DNA from: Octopus vulgaris | Taxonomy: Eukaryota | Assembly (NCBI GenBank): GCA_951406725.2 | Contig: OX597819.1 | Coordinates: 133,734,001 to 133,798,000 of the forward strand | Length of the DNA stretch: 64,000 bases | Reading direction: 5' to 3' | In this document: in pieces, positions 13,304 to 26,791 of the stretch | Position numbering within the stretch: the stretch's first letter is position 1 | Layout of the letters: each line of letters begins with the position of its first letter | The notes under the pieces: model-generated | The model's database searches: none | What the model was told of the DNA's origin: nothing | What the model saw: the letters and a program-made list of their open reading frames with translations, nothing else | Made by a program: the position numbers and the translations under genes

Positions 13304-13827
13304 AAAGGATATTTGCCAACGCAACGTGGCAGTCCTACGCAGAACAATGTTGCTACTTTTCCAACTTGTTACCGACATAGGATCTGCGTCCAAATACTGT
13401 GAGCAAGGGAGTCTACCGTTTCCTTTCTAGCTGTAGTGACACATGTAGACCAATGGCTTCTGGGTAATTCCCTTCCTCAGTACAGGACCACCGCTGGCTA
13501 GAGATAGCAATCAATCGCTCTTGCTTACAGTATGGTATGTACTTTTACATCGACACACACTCGCTGACCTCATAAAGACAAAAACAACTAGTTTTAAATC
13601 TCTGTGCGAGTGACTGCTGTCTCTATCCGGCGGTTGTCCTGTACCGAGGAGGGGAAATTACCCAGAAACCATTAGTCTACAGGCATTACTTCGGCTAGAA
13701 AGGGAGCGGTAGAATACGGACACAGGTGGTGTGTCGGTAGTCAGCTGGAATAGATGTTTTCCTGGGGCTAAAAAGTAGTACCATCGTCCTGCGTAGGACT
13801 GCCACGTTGCGTTGGCGAATAGACTTT
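13304..13827. mobile_element. foldback/MITE-like element with ~215-bp imperfect terminal inverted repeats
   Basis: GCCAACGCAACGTGGCAGTCCTACGCAG (13315-) mirrors CTGCGTAGGACTGCCACGTTGCGTTGGC (ending 13816). Inner arms 13413-13518 / 13606-13711 also pair. No ORF. Confidence 0.85.
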
Positions 13828-14559
13828 GCTAATAATAATAATAATAACAGTTATAGTAACGGTGATAATTATAATGATGATAATAGAAATGATGGTAACT
13901 ACTACTGCTATTACCTCTAATACCATCACTAACACCAACAATAATGAAAGCGATGGTGCGGATGGTAGCTGTGTTAAGCATATCAACATTGACTTTCTGG
14001 AAAATTGTAACAATAGAATTCAATAAAAACAGGAATGTTGTTTACAACAATTATTCCCTTAGGTGCAGTTGAACTAAAGAATTCTTGACGTGTCCACCAA
14101 ACCGTGACGTCCAAGCCGCACACCAATTGAGTAAAATATCACGCTGAAAAATGCGGGATACATAGTAACTAAACCGGCGCATTCACCAAACCGTGACATC
14201 TAAGCAATATACTGATTACTCAAAATACAGTTCGTAAGATTCAGCTTGGTGGAGCCCTTTAGAGGGTACTTAAAACACAAATCTAACCATTTCACTACAG
14301 TTGTTAATTGTGGAACACGACTGTCACTACGTAAACCCGATGCTTGCGGAATGCATGAAAGTACTGGGTTATTTCAATATTGTAAAATTGTAAAAATTGT
14401 AAATAATGAAACGTGAAAATTAGACAAAGTGGAATTTCATTGATTGACATATTCTATACACAATCATACAAACTCGGATATACGAGTGTGTGTATGTGTG
14501 TGTGTACGTGCGCGCATGTGCATGAGTGTGTGTATACGTGTCATAAGTTCCTTACAAAA

Positions 14560-14820
14560 GTGGAGCTCGCGTCACATGATAACATTGCGCCAACTTTTCC
14601 TATCGCAAATGGTCCTGCTTTATTCATTGTTATTCCGGAAGCAGAAAAAGACCCTACAACATTCAAACAGTACCTGGACAAATTCCTTCAAGAAGTACCA
14701 AATAAACTACCAATACCTGGATATGTCTCAGCCTACCACTCTAACTTAAAAGACCTCTCTAGGTGGTGCTTTTGAGTTAAACAGGACCTGGGCCGATAAT
14801 GGCCGAAACCAATCTAAGTT
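14560..14820 (+). mobile_element. CR1/L2-group LINE extreme 3' end
   Basis: NGPALF..IP...FKQYLDKFLQEVPNKLPIPGY matches the GP.LFN.LP..FK..LDKFL..PD.P..PGY C-terminus of this group, followed by a short 3' UTR. Confidence 0.7.
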
Positions 14821-16636
14821 ATCTGAGTAATGCATACGTTTAGCATTAACTGTCGTAACAAAACAACAAATACTGAATACCATGATAGGGAATAATCATA
14901 TTTTATTTTGGTTAAGGCAGCCCCTGCAACTCTGAGTTCTACGTGTAAGCACAGAGGCATATATCGCCATGATTTAGATACGTTTATTGTTAGGAATAAT
15001 TTGAGAAACTCAGATTGGATGAACCCTGTGATAGCTGTGAATCGGAATATAGTCCATTTCATCCTGAATGTGCAGAAAGTCATCAAAATATATCAATACA
15101 TAAAAAAAAACACAACTTAGGAAGAAAACAAAACAAAACAATTAAATAATGCCTAAAAATTATTAAAATAGTTTATGAAAATATAACTTGTATATATAAA
15201 CACTGATTTACTGTGGCTTCACTTACGTTTCACATATATACTGAAAATAGTTAATATTCCCGGATAATCCTATTAGCATATCTACATGCGTATTTTCGTT
15301 TCTGAAGAGAGGAATTCTAATTAGACCATCTGTAGAATATTTCTGAAGTGATAATCTTTTTTCAGAGAGATAATATTGCGTACCTATAGGTTATTCCATT
15401 CTAAAATTTAAAAATCCTTCCCCCTCGCCCGAAATTTGTCATGTTTTAATTGAATTAGAATTCATATAATCACCAAGGAAATATTCAATACGTAGAAAAT
15501 TCGCGAAGTTATTAGCTTTCTCGCGGATACCAAACAAGCTAAATGTATCAGTTTACATAGGAAAACATAGATCTTTGGAATTACCGTTTTGTCAGCGAGA
15601 GAATAATACAACATGGCTGCAAACACTTTTAAAATGTCGAAATGAGATGAAGAGAGTATGCGATTATTTATCACTGCTAATACACGAAATGAATTAACCA
15701 AGAGAAAATACTTTTATCGACTTCGTTAATTTAGCTTCTCAAAGGAAGTAGTGAGATTAGTTTTAAAAAAAAACATATAAAAATATCTATCTCAAAATAA
15801 ATTTTACTTTATGAAAAGAATATCCAACTGTAATCTGAAAGACACCTAATATGGGAAGTTTGTCGTGAGTGCAAGTAACCAGGTTTATTACGGTGATTTC
15901 TATCATTGCCAGAGGACTACAAATTTTGGAAAAGAACAAAGTCGATTAACTCAACTCCAATACTTGACTGGTATTGATTTTATCCACCCCAGCAGGATGC
16001 GAAATCATAAAGAAAAAAGAAGATTAAATAATGCCTTTCAGGGGACACACGTTTACACGCCGACAAAGCCTTCTAAACTACATACATTAGTCGGTATTTT
16101 TAGAGAGATAACTTTGCCAGATTGTTAATTCCATTTGCTGTACATTTAACATTTTGGGTACAAATAAAGTCAGACACCGCCAGAAGCTATTTATTTCAAT
16201 GCACTGTAATTTATTTATTCTTTCAATGAGGTTTTGTCATTTCATTAATTCTTTAAAACCGAAATGTTGAATGTTTTAGCAGTCAATCCAATTGTGTCAT
16301 ACGTTCACATATTATAGGATAGTTTTAATTTGTGTATTAAGAAAAACTACTTATTTTGCAGCATTAATTCTGATCGGCTTCTGTAGATAATTCGTAATGT
16401 TTATGATAAATATTCTCTAACTACGCCTCTCCTGCTTGTTCACATTACGTTTATCGATTTGCATGATAAGGTGAGAATATTTGCTAAATGATTCCAGCTG
16501 TATTGAGCGCAAGTGTTAGATTCCATGTGACTTGTTCCTTTAATCAATCTGACTACAACGAAAATTTCAAATCATATTTATACTCCTGGGCAGGGAATTG
16601 TAGGCCGGTGGTTGATCGAAATTCTTATAAGACTTT

Positions 16637-16830
16637 TATCTTGTTTCAGTCATTAGACTGCGGCCAAGCTGGAGGAATTTTTAGGCGAATGTACTTAAGT
16701 TTTTAAAGCTTAGTACTTATATTACCGGCCTCAAATACCGAATCACTAGGTTACGGGGACGCTAACACACCAACACCGGTTATCAAGCAGTGCCGGAGCG
16801 GAAACACAGAAGTACACAACATACACATAC
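16637..16830 (-). mobile_element. SINE family 1, 3' half
   Basis: CTTGTTTCAGTCATT.GACTGCGGCCA.GCTGGAG and ACACCA.CA.CGGTT.TCAAGC are shared with 59904-60298. Confidence 0.75.
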
Positions 16831-17581
16831 ACACATGCACACACACACATGCACACATGCACACATGCACACACACACATACACACACACACATATGCAC
16901 ACACACTCATATATATGTGTGCATACATGCTAAAAGAGTATACAATTTTTCGGTTAAGCATAGCTTACATATATTTGACCCATTTGCAAATAGCGAACTT
17001 GGTGTATGCAGGCTTAGCCAGCATTAGGTTGCGATAGTTTTTGAGTACAAATACTGTGAGAGGAAGATTTAGAAACCTGCTATGGCTTTAAAGCTACTAT
17101 AAGGTTGACCTTATCATGACCGTAGGTTTAAGGTTCCAGGATAAAATACTAGACATTTGATGAGGTCAAAGTATTTTTTTTAACTCCTAGCGTTAGTTCG
17201 CTTCGAGCCACGTCAGTGAATAGACCTTGAATAAAGTTGCATAGATTAACAACCAGTCGAAAGTAACTGGATGTAGATGCAATTGCTAGGTGTCTATGCA
17301 GCAGGAACGTGCGTCGGATGAATTTAAAGCGGAATATGATGTATAAGTGACTGAAGAATTAAAATATATGCTCATGTGCTAACCTCCGTATTCATTATAA
17401 TTGCTTTGGGTATACATTCGGTAAAATTTTACATTTGAAGTGTTGACGGGATGAAGTTTAAGGATGGAATATATAGGTATATATGTATGTATGCATATAT
17501 GTATGCATGTATGCATGAATGTATGTATGTATGTATGTATGTATGTATGTATGTATATATGTATGTATGTATATATGTATG

Positions 17582-17635
<54 letters not shown>

Positions 17636-17649
17636 TGAGATCAGACACA

Positions 17650-17905
17650 CTGAGTGGGGCTTTGGGCTAATATCTCCTACTTTAACTTCTGGTCGGCCTA
17701 AGGATTTGATAGACTAATGCTGAAAGAAGCCTGTCCTATGTATATATAAGTGTGTGTATGTATCTGTGTGGATGTGTTTTTGTGTGTGCGTGTGTTTGTG
17801 TTTGTACCGATAGAAAACATACCGAACTTTGAAACAGTGTACTGGATTCGATGGCACCTTCAAGGCCGTGCTCCAACTTGGCCGCAGTGAAATAGGCGAA
17901 ACAAA
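17650..17905 (+). mobile_element. SINE family 1 remnant, host of the Helitron insertion
   Basis: GGCCTAAGGATTTGATAGAC..CTGAAAGAAGCC, an internal (TG)-rich tract and tail GTGCTCCA..TGGCCGCAGT..GAAACAAA, which resumes as TAAAAGATAAA after 18289. Confidence 0.7.
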
Positions 17906-18289
17906 TCTCTCTCTATATAAACGGCAGTTTGTCTATGTGTGTGTCTGTGTGTCTGTTAGGTTGTTCCCTCACCCTGACCACGGCTTTCAACCGATTCTGA
18001 TGAAACTTGACACATACATAGCCCACTGTCATAATTCAAAACTAACGCAGCGAAAATTTTGAAAAGTTCCCCCAGTTCTGAAAAAAATCGATAAATTCGA
18101 CATGGGGTCGAGAATCAGAAACACAAACCACAGACTGTCTAGGGGACGCAACTCGACCTTTTTTACTCTCAAAAAAAATTTACCATCATTTTTTTTCCAT
18201 TTTTTTGCTATTCTTTGGCTATAACTCTCTAAAAATGCTTTATAGTTATTTCCCTTACAAACCCGAGCAACGCCGGGCGATACTGCTAG
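17906..18289 (+). mobile_element. non-autonomous Helitron (384 bp)
   Basis: 5' TC, subterminal hairpin CCCGAGCAACGCCGGG, 3' CTAG, inserted between A and T with no TSD. Confidence 0.88.
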
Positions 18290-19260
18290 TAAAAGATAAA
18301 ATATATATATGCACACATGTACATATGCACCTCACACACACACACACACACACAAATCAAAGATGCAAAATAATATCGTTGTTTATTATTTCGTTCCTTA
18401 ATTAAAAACAAAGCAACAAAGCGAAAACCGTATTTCAATGTTATTAGCGTAAGCGAGGTCTTGAGGCATAAAATGTGAAGCGGATAACAAAGAGAAGTTC
18501 TCTCATCTTCCTACCACCATGAATCGGAGTGTGGAGATAAACTCTTTCATTTACCTACCACCGTCTGCTCGGTAACGGTTGATCAATATGTCGACCTGTC
18601 TCTTGTAATTATCAGCTATTCTTTTTTCTTACTGTTTTCATTTATAGAGAGCTCCACAAGGTAATTAATGCGGCCGTAGTTAATGTTTGCATGATAAGGT
18701 TCTCTATTGATGTTTCATATAATGACGTGCTCCACCTCAGTTTGGAGTTTGCAACTCAAACACCAAATTAGTCCATTTATAGGAATGCAACATATTTTTG
18801 CTTTTGTACGTTGATTTTTTTTTACTCGAAACTCGCTTTTAGACGTTGTTTTCAATTAGAAGAATGTGTGTGTGTATGTATGTACGAATATATGTATGTG
18901 TGTTATATGTATTTATGCATATATGTGTGTGTGTATGTGTGAGTGTGTAATTATTAGATATAGATCAAGGATTTCGTTTGTTATTAGTGTCAGTTCCTCA
19001 GAAATTTAGTGGTTACAAGATTTACTGTTTAGGTATTAGCTAGTAATTATGGTAGGGTAGATTCTGACACATACATGTGTGTGTGTGTGAGAGAGAGTTA
19101 GTACGTATTTATGTATAGGTGTAAGAATGGTTGGCAGCATGATAAAGGCATGCTCTGGTGTAGCAATGCCTTGTACAATCAACGCTGGAAAGAGAAATAC
19201 TACCGAAAGGTTCTGAAATATCCGTGAACCTCCAGTCTAAAGTTGATAAATCAGAATATA

Positions 19261-19860
19261 TCAGGTCGTCTCATAAGTGTATCCGGATTTTAAAGAAGGA
19301 AAACAAATGAGGAAATCTACATTTTAATGAAACTTAATGAGGAAATCTACTTAATGACCAATATTGTTTCCATGGTCACCTGTGACATCTTTCTTGCTAT
19401 TCGTAATTGTTTTATAATCCCATTAGTGAAAAAGTCTTTCGGTTTCAAAGAGAAGAACTCTGAACGCTCAGTTTCGAGAGTTAATCCATCCAAATGATTC
19501 TGTAAACTACGGAACAAACAGTAATCTGAAGGAGCAACACCTGGGAAATAAGGTGAAAGAGCAATTCCCTCGATCTTCTGTGACGTGATCTTTGCAGTTT
19601 GGGGTCTTGCATTCTCCTGATGGAACACCACTCCCATTCGATTGTTTTCTTCAATGCAGCGTTCACATGGTAGATTCGATCATTGATTTTTGCATTAGTT
19701 GATAGCAACTCAAAGTGAATGACTCCTTTGCAATCCCACCAAACAGAGAGAAAAACCTACTTCGCCTGAAATTCCATTTTCGGTTGTCGTTAGGCCTTTT
19801 CCTCTTCGCTAAGCCAATGTTTACGACTCTTAACATATCGTCAGTCTGTTATAAGAGAGC
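19261..19860 (-). mobile_element. mariner (DD34D-type) 3' fragment
   Basis: HQENARPQTAK and PYFPGVAPSDYCLFRSLQNHLDG. TIR-like end TCAGGTCGTCTCATAAGT follows TA. Confidence 0.85.
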
Positions 19861-20249
19861 GAGATGAGTTCACGAGAATGAAGAAAAGAGAAGCTGTCCA
19901 TTACAATGTAGGGAGACCTTATACTGTCAACATATTACAACTTCACTACATTTCCTTCTTTTGGAATTAGGAAGGTATGCAAAAATAACTCTCTTTGGCA
20001 CACACACACACACACACACACAAGCACACTCTCACACACACACACACAAACACATACACACACACACACACACACACAACACACATACACACACACACAC
20101 ACACACAGTTAGAGTTCTGATCAATTATGTCATTTTTGCTGTGCGCTAAATTACTGTTCAAATCCTATGGAAGTTACCTTTTCCTATTGTATCACTCCTG
20201 TTTGAGATGAGCGTATTTCAAAACCTGACCTTCCACTGACCAAGGAAGT

Positions 20250-22409
20250 CATCTCAGAAATCCTGTCCTTTACCTGGTATTTCTAGCATGTCCGAGATGA
20301 CATTTCCGTACCCCCCACATTTCTTTCTTCAATTTACTCGCATTCCTATGTTTTCCATACAGGAGACTTGCATTTCGCCCCAAAGCGGGTAGCCAATGAG
20401 TGGCCGAGATTTCTTTCAGTATTTCTTTCAGAAAAATTAAGTTTTCAAAAACCACATTTGCAATCTCTGTATTTTCCTCCGTGCACGAAAAACAAAATTC
20501 GAAAAACAGTTAAAAATTAGGAAAATTCGTTGGGGAGGGGGGATTTATAATTTTCAAAACATGATTTCTGGGTAAAATCATATTAACCCCTTTTTATTCT
20601 ATGAAACAGAACATAGTTTGTGATCCTTCTTAAGAACATAAATTATTTTCATGCAAATTTTACACCCCTCCCCTCAGGACAAACAATAACTTCCATTACG
20701 CCAATAACACATTCCACTATATATCAGCTTACAGAACGCATTACGCTTATCAACACAGAACATAGCCAAGTCATTCACAGTTTACCGATTCTTCTCATAA
20801 TAACCGTATACAAATTGACATATGCATTTTCTACATCTTTTCATTTGTTACTAAAAAATGAAATCATACAATGCACAACTTCATATTGCTGTCTTCCATC
20901 TTATATGTTCCTTAATCATTCGCTCTTTTCAGCCATGCCACCAAAACGAAGACATTCTCATTTATCTCCGCAAATAAGGGCCGCCAAAAAAACTGCCTCT
21001 ATTCGTGCTCAAGAAAACTCACTTCAACAATGCCCGAACGAGTAATATTTCAAAACTATCTCCGACGGTGGAAGTTCTGCTCTAAACTACACTTATTGTC
21101 TGGGAAGAATGCACGATGGCACACGGTGGTGCACTAGAATCCCTAGATAGGTCACTAAGGTATATTAGAAACAACACTGCCGTTATGGGGGCGGGGCTTA
21201 ACTGTTGCCTTCGCAGGGGATGTCCGTCAGATATGACATCTATGCGTGTCTGAAGTCTTCACCTCTGTGGAGATTTGTTCGTCAGCTTTCATTAAGCAAC
21301 AGTATGCGAGCTCATTTCTACAACGATCCCTTAGCTGAAGAATTCTTTCATCATCTTCTACAAACTGGAAATGGCGCCTTTGTAATCTGGGCAGACGGTG
21401 TCTACTTTGGCCGAGCTTAAAGAAAAGATATTTCCCACATTGCAAGACAACTTCTAAAACATAGCATGGTTCGTAGCGAGAACTATTTTAATACCTCAGA
21501 ATGAAAACCTTGATAAAGTAAATCATGAACTCCTCCACATTCTATCTGGAATTGCTTCAACGTTTGTCTCCATTGATGACACTACCATCGACGAACATAC
21601 CACTGTTGAGTATCCAGTTAAATTTATCAACCCTCTACAACCGACAAGACTGCCACTGCATTAGTTGTTCCTGAAGAAAGGTGCAACCGTCATGCACTTG
21701 AGGAATTTGGACCCACCACGACTATGCAATGGTGCAAAATTGACTGTAACAACAATGACAAGTCATGTTCTACAAGCAACCATTATTGCTGGCTGTCATC
21801 GAGGAGGGATCGCATACGCACCACGCATGCCCCACATATCCTCAAATGTATCATTTCAATTCAAGCGTCTCCAGTTCCCAGCGCCATTGTGCTTCGCTAT
21901 GATAATCAACAAAGCCCAGGGTCAAACTTTAAGAATTGTGGGTCTGAATTTTCAAATAACCTGCTTCTCTCATGGACAATTATATGACGCATGCAGTGAA
22001 AATGACTACCAGCACTGGACTTACGCAAAACAGGGTTTACCCAGAAGCATTGTCGGCTTCACTTAACATATGTTGAAGTGTGCAGTCTGCCCAAACATTA
22101 CAAGGGAGATGCATTTCTCAATGAAGCAGCTTTCTTTCTACGATGCGGATACCTCTACGTCCACATACGCCATCCAATTCTTTGAACCCGTAAGTCTTGG
22201 TCACTTTGGGGGCAATGTTAAGATTTCAGTCTAATCTAAGTTGCCATTCTACATGTCTTTGGTGTCAACAATTTCAGCAAATGACCGGAAAACATGTTTA
22301 GAAAGAAGAGCTGTTTGCTTCACACTCCTCGTGTGCCGTTTCTGCCCATAACAAATAATACAATGTGCTGTACATTATAACACCCGGGCAACGCCGTGAT
22401 GCATTGCTA

Positions 22410-22410
<1 letters not shown>
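20250..22410 (+). mobile_element. internally deleted Helitron: N-terminus plus PIF1-like helicase pseudogene and intact 3' end (5' boundary approximate)
   Basis: MPPKRR N-terminus at 20935, then LIVWEECTMAH, AGDVRQ, LRNLDPPRLCNG, FKRLQFP..CFAMIINKAQGQT and FSHGQLY. Hairpin CCCGGGCAACGCCG and CTAG|T end at 22410. Confidence 0.88.
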
Positions 22411-22450
<40 letters not shown>

Positions 22451-22460
22451 TATATATATA

Positions 22461-22498
<38 letters not shown>

Positions 22499-22598
22499 CC
22501 ACTTGGTGTTGAATAGATATACTATTAAATTAGTATCTAATTCTCTCACCCTTATTAATTAAGTATATATATATAGTATATATAGTATATATATATAG

Positions 22599-22666
<68 letters not shown>

Positions 22667-22673
22667 TATATAT

Positions 22674-22943
22674 CTGATGAACTCTCTCGCCGTCAGACGA
22701 CGTATGAGGGTTCAACAATATCTTACCGAACAACCACACAGAGGATTTGTTTATACTGATCAAATGGTTGTGTAGACATAAGCTCACCCCTTTCATCAGA
22801 TCGACATCACCTGTACAGGTGCAAATGGTGCAACATGTCAGATGTCGAAATGATCGCAGAGCAATGCGAAATGAAGTGCTTTGCTCAAGAACACAACGTA
22901 GCATTTGTATGAATGCAATGGCTTAAGCACTGAGCCATACGCC
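22674..22943 (-). mobile_element. SINE family 4 (related to 30385-30702), degenerate
   Basis: GGCGTATGGCTCAGTG head, TTGTGTTCTTGAGCAAAGCACTTCATTTC body and CGTCGTCTGACGG end. Confidence 0.7.
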
Positions 22944-23048
22944 ATACATATACATTTGTATGTATGTATGTATGTATGCATGTATGTATGTATGTATGTA
23001 TGCATGCATGTATGTATGTATGTATGTATGTATGTATTTATGTATGTA

Positions 23049-24318
23049 CGAGGGGCGTTCAATAAGTAATGTCCCTGACCCACTTCCCATAGCAGTAGAG
23101 CAACGACACTTGGCACAGTTATTAGTCTTTCTCTACATAGGAACCACCCAGAGTTACGCATTTCTCCCATCGTTTGATACAGCTCTGGAGACCGTTTTTG
23201 TAGAAGACCCCAGCTTGGTCCTCCAACCACGACGTGACTTCAGAAATCAAGGCTGCATTATCTGGGAAACGCTTTCCTTTCAAAAACAACTTCATGGCTG
23301 GGAAGAGGTGAAAATCAGAGGGTAGAAGGGGAGGAGTTCATAGCTGCACGCCTGTGCTTCTGATCTGGCGACACGCGAGTTGTGGACCGGAGCGTTGTCC
23401 TGCAGGAGGAGGATGCCTTTGCTGATCTTGCCCCGCCTCTTGATTTTGATAGGTTCTCTTAATTTCCTCAAAAGTGAAGCATAATAGGCTCCTGTAATTG
23501 TGGTACCCTTCGTCAGGAAATCTGTCATCACTACTCCATCCTGGTCCCAGAAGACTGTGAGCATAACCTTGTCAGCAGAGGGCTGCACCCTTGCCTTCTT
23601 TGGAGGAGGTGAGTCACGGTGCTTTCACTGCATTGACTGGGCTTTGGTCTATGGATCATAGTGATGGACCCAGGTTTTATCCTGTGTGATCAGTCGTTTG
23701 GAAAATTTTGACTCATCTTCTTGGAAAATCTCCAAATTCATCCTCGAGCACTCAACGCGTTCTTGCTTCTGGAAAGGTGTGAGCAACCTGGAAATCCATC
23801 TGGCAGACACCTTTTGCATATGCAAATGGTCATGAATGATAGTTTCCACAGACCCGGTACTAATCTTGACCTTATGGGCTATTTGGCGAATAGTTATGCG
23901 TTGACCTTACAAAATGGCAGCCTCAACTTGACGGACAGACGTCTCATCAACGGCAGAAGGGGGCGACCAGATCTGGGAGCTGTTTCCACAGAGTTCCGAC
24001 TATGTTTGAATTCACAATGCCAGCGTTTTACAAGGTCATATGACGGGGCATCATCACCATAAGTTACTTTCATTTCATCAAAAGTCTCCCGTGGTGTGCG
24101 TTCTTTCAAATACAAAAAACAGATCACTGCTCGACACTCAACAGGCTCCATTTCACACTTGACTCAGTTCAAACACCTGTAAATCAGAAACCACAATTAG
24201 TTCAGAGCTGTAATTCGCCACTTAATCTATAGAGGTATAAATCAGTGCACATGCAAGATTTCAGCTAGATCAAACAACTGCAAGTGGGTCAGAGGCATTA
24301 CTTATTGAACGCCCCTCG
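23049..24318 (-). mobile_element. full-length mariner (irritans-like), 1270 bp, frameshifted transposase
   Basis: ~37-bp TIRs CGAGGGGCGTTCAATAAGTAATG..CTGACCCACTT with TA TSDs. ORF pieces MEPVECRAVI, WISRLLT, DKTWVHHYDP and QDNAPVH are present. The YSPDL motif is deleted. Confidence 0.95.
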
Positions 24319-24324
24319 TATGTA

Positions 24325-24620
24325 TGTCATTCTTCAAGATTTCTTGCCGATAGAAAAGAACCGCTTTCTAACCTAGATTCAAGGAATTTGAACATCAATA
24401 ATAGGGGTTCTTTTGTATGTATGTATGTCATTATTCTGTTTATTTCAAGATTTCTTGCCAAAGAAAGAGCCGACTTCTAACCTAGATTCAAAGCTCCTTC
24501 ATTGGAATTTCAATATCAACAACAGAGTATTTTTGTTTGTACGTCTCTTCAATTTTTTAATTATTACAAATCTTCGACTGAGGAGGGAGCCGGTTTCCAA
24601 TAAAGATACAAGGCTCCGTA
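24325..24620 (+). repeat. degenerate ~105-bp tandem units separated by (TATG)n
   Basis: TTCAAGATTTCTTGCC..TTCTAACCTAGATTCAA occurs twice, plus a partial third unit GGAGCCGGTTTCC..AAGGCTCC. Confidence 0.65.
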
Positions 24621-24676
24621 CGTATGTATGTATGTATGTATGTATGTATGTATGTATGTATGTATGTATGTATGTT

Positions 24677-24905
24677 ACCCAGAAAAATTTGTAAACATGG
24701 TCAGGGCTTTGCATCAAGATATGAAAGCGAATATTTTGCTGTGGAAAATGGTGCAAAACAAGGTGACCTTGATGCACCCACGCTCTTTGCAATATACTTT
24801 ACTGTTGTGTTGTCACATGCTTTTCAAAACTCTAAGGCGGGTATTTACATAAAATATCGAACAGGGAATGTTTTTAATCTGACCAGACTGAAATTCAAGA
24901 TGTTA
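24677..24905 (+). mobile_element. RTE-BovB-like RT fragment
   Basis: PEKFVNMVRALHQDM and FAVENGAKQGDLDAPTLFAIYF..GIYIKYRTGNVFNLTRLK. Confidence 0.85.
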
Positions 24906-24997
24906 TCAGCCTCAAACTTGGTCAAAGGATGCATTGCAACACTTGGTGGTTACAAGATGTTGCCGAAGGGATATGATACGACATTCGAAAACATTTT

Positions 24998-25247
24998 GTA
25001 TGTATGTATGTATGTATGTATGTATGTATGTATGTATGTATGTATGTATGTATGTATGTATGTATGTATGTATGTATGTATGTATGTATGTTTGTAGGTA
25101 GGTAGGTAGGTAGGTAGGTAGGTAGGTAGGTAGGTAGGTAGGTAGGTAGGTAGGTAGGTAGGTAGATAGGTAGTTAGGTAGGTAGGTAGGTAGGTAGGTA
25201 GGTAGGTAGGTAGGTAGGTAGGTAGGTAGGTAGGTAGGTAGGTAGGT
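24998..25247. repeat. compound microsatellite (TATG)n(TAGG)n
   Basis: Seen directly in the sequence. Confidence 0.97.
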
Positions 25248-26282
25248 ATTATGTATGTATATTACGACTACGTTTCATGAGAGTTATTAACTGTACCACA
25301 CAATTTTTCTTAAAAGTGGGAAGATAACTGTTGATTTCAGATATCTCTCTGACATTTTATTCATTTCACTATATTTCCTATTGAATCTGTACCTTTTTTT
25401 TTATTTCGCATATTTTCAAATAGATCAGTTACATATCATTCCCCGTCTTTATGCACACATCTGTAGTTGATTTCTATTAAATTTTCATATTTTCTTGTTA
25501 ACGTAGAAATCTGCATTTATCCCTCTATTGCTGTTTGTAATTTATTATTGTTAGCTTGCTGTTTGTTCTTGATTTGTTGTTGATGTTGCAGGTATTGTTA
25601 TATTTCTTATTGTATGTGTTCGCTTTTCACATTTCCATTATCTTCAGTCAACATAAATCGCTGCTTTCGCTCCTCTTGTTTTTCATGTTACCGTCGCTGC
25701 AACTGCCACATCTGTTTTCGTTACATACATTGTTGTTCTTAATATTGTTCCTAGTTGTTTATCAAATATTGATTAGTCTTCTTAACGTGAAATAAATGTA
25801 AATTCCTATTTCCTTTAGAAGTTTATGCTATAGATTTGATATTTATCCGACATTTATTTCGCTGAAATAGTATAGTTTTATTTCGTTCGTCCATTCCTCT
25901 CTTTTTAAGGAAATTTGTTTATCAAATTCAGATGAAATATGTTTTTCTTACTTTCATAACAGGTTTTATTTTCGGAATATTTTAACTGTAAACATATAAT
26001 TTCTGCCAGCTAATATTCTACCGAGAAAGGAACTTGCTTTAAGCAGATATTGATCTGTAATATAGGAATTTAATCAAAACAAAATCTTAGTTCAACTTTT
26101 TAGGCTTGTTAGATATTTCAGACGCCAGTATGTTACACACAAACACACACATATATAAGAGTGTGAATGTACGCACATGTGAGCACGTATATATGTATGT
26201 ATGCATTCATGTATGCGTGTGTATGTATATATAAACATATATATATATATACATGCATGTATATATATATATTCTTTTATTC

Positions 26283-26362
26283 CTTTACTTGTTTCAGTCA
26301 TTTGATTATGGCCATCCTGGAGCATCGCCTTTAATCGAACAAATCAACACAAAGGCGCACAC

Positions 26363-26420
<58 letters not shown>

Positions 26421-26628
26421 GCAGAGACACACACAAATGCATACACGCCCACACACACACATACGACGGACTTCTTCCAGTTTCCGTCTACCAAATCCAC
26501 TCACAAGGGTTTGGTTGGCCCGAGACTACAGTCGAAGACACTTGCCCAAGGTTCCACGCAGTGGGACTAAACCAGGGACCATGTGGTTGGCAAGCAAGTT
26601 TCTTACCACACAGCCACGCCTGCGCCTA
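26283..26628 (-). mobile_element. SINE family 1 with internal (TA)n/(TG)n
   Basis: Head and tail both match 59904-60298. Confidence 0.85.
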
Positions 26629-26791
26629 CACACACATATACACACACACGTGTGTGTGTGTGTATTCAGACATAATTGAGATTCAGTTGAATTAGGTGTT
26701 TAAGTTGAAGCACCAAGTCAGTCCGGTATTATCTGCACAGCTCGAAGTAAGGTGAATAAAATCAAAATAAGCAACAGGATATCAAGTAGTA

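Noticed and set aside
14785-14815. GGCC-GATAAT-GGCC-GAAAC
   Set aside because: No CTGANGA upstream. Better explained as a LINE 3' UTR hairpin.
15302-15350. CTGAAGA followed by a good hairpin and GAAG
   Set aside because: GAAAC, the NUH triplet and stem I are missing. It may be a truncated relic but cannot be supported.
17990-18012. CTGATGAAAC inside the small Helitron
   Set aside because: No stem II between CTGATGA and GAAA and no stem I, so not a hammerhead.
19306-19350. 15-bp direct repeat AATGAGGAAATCTAC
   Set aside because: A small local duplication inside a decayed mariner with no sign of function.
24578-24625. CTGAGGA-GGGAGCC...GGCTCC hairpin
   Set aside because: No GAAA follows the stem. 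It is part of the local tandem unit.
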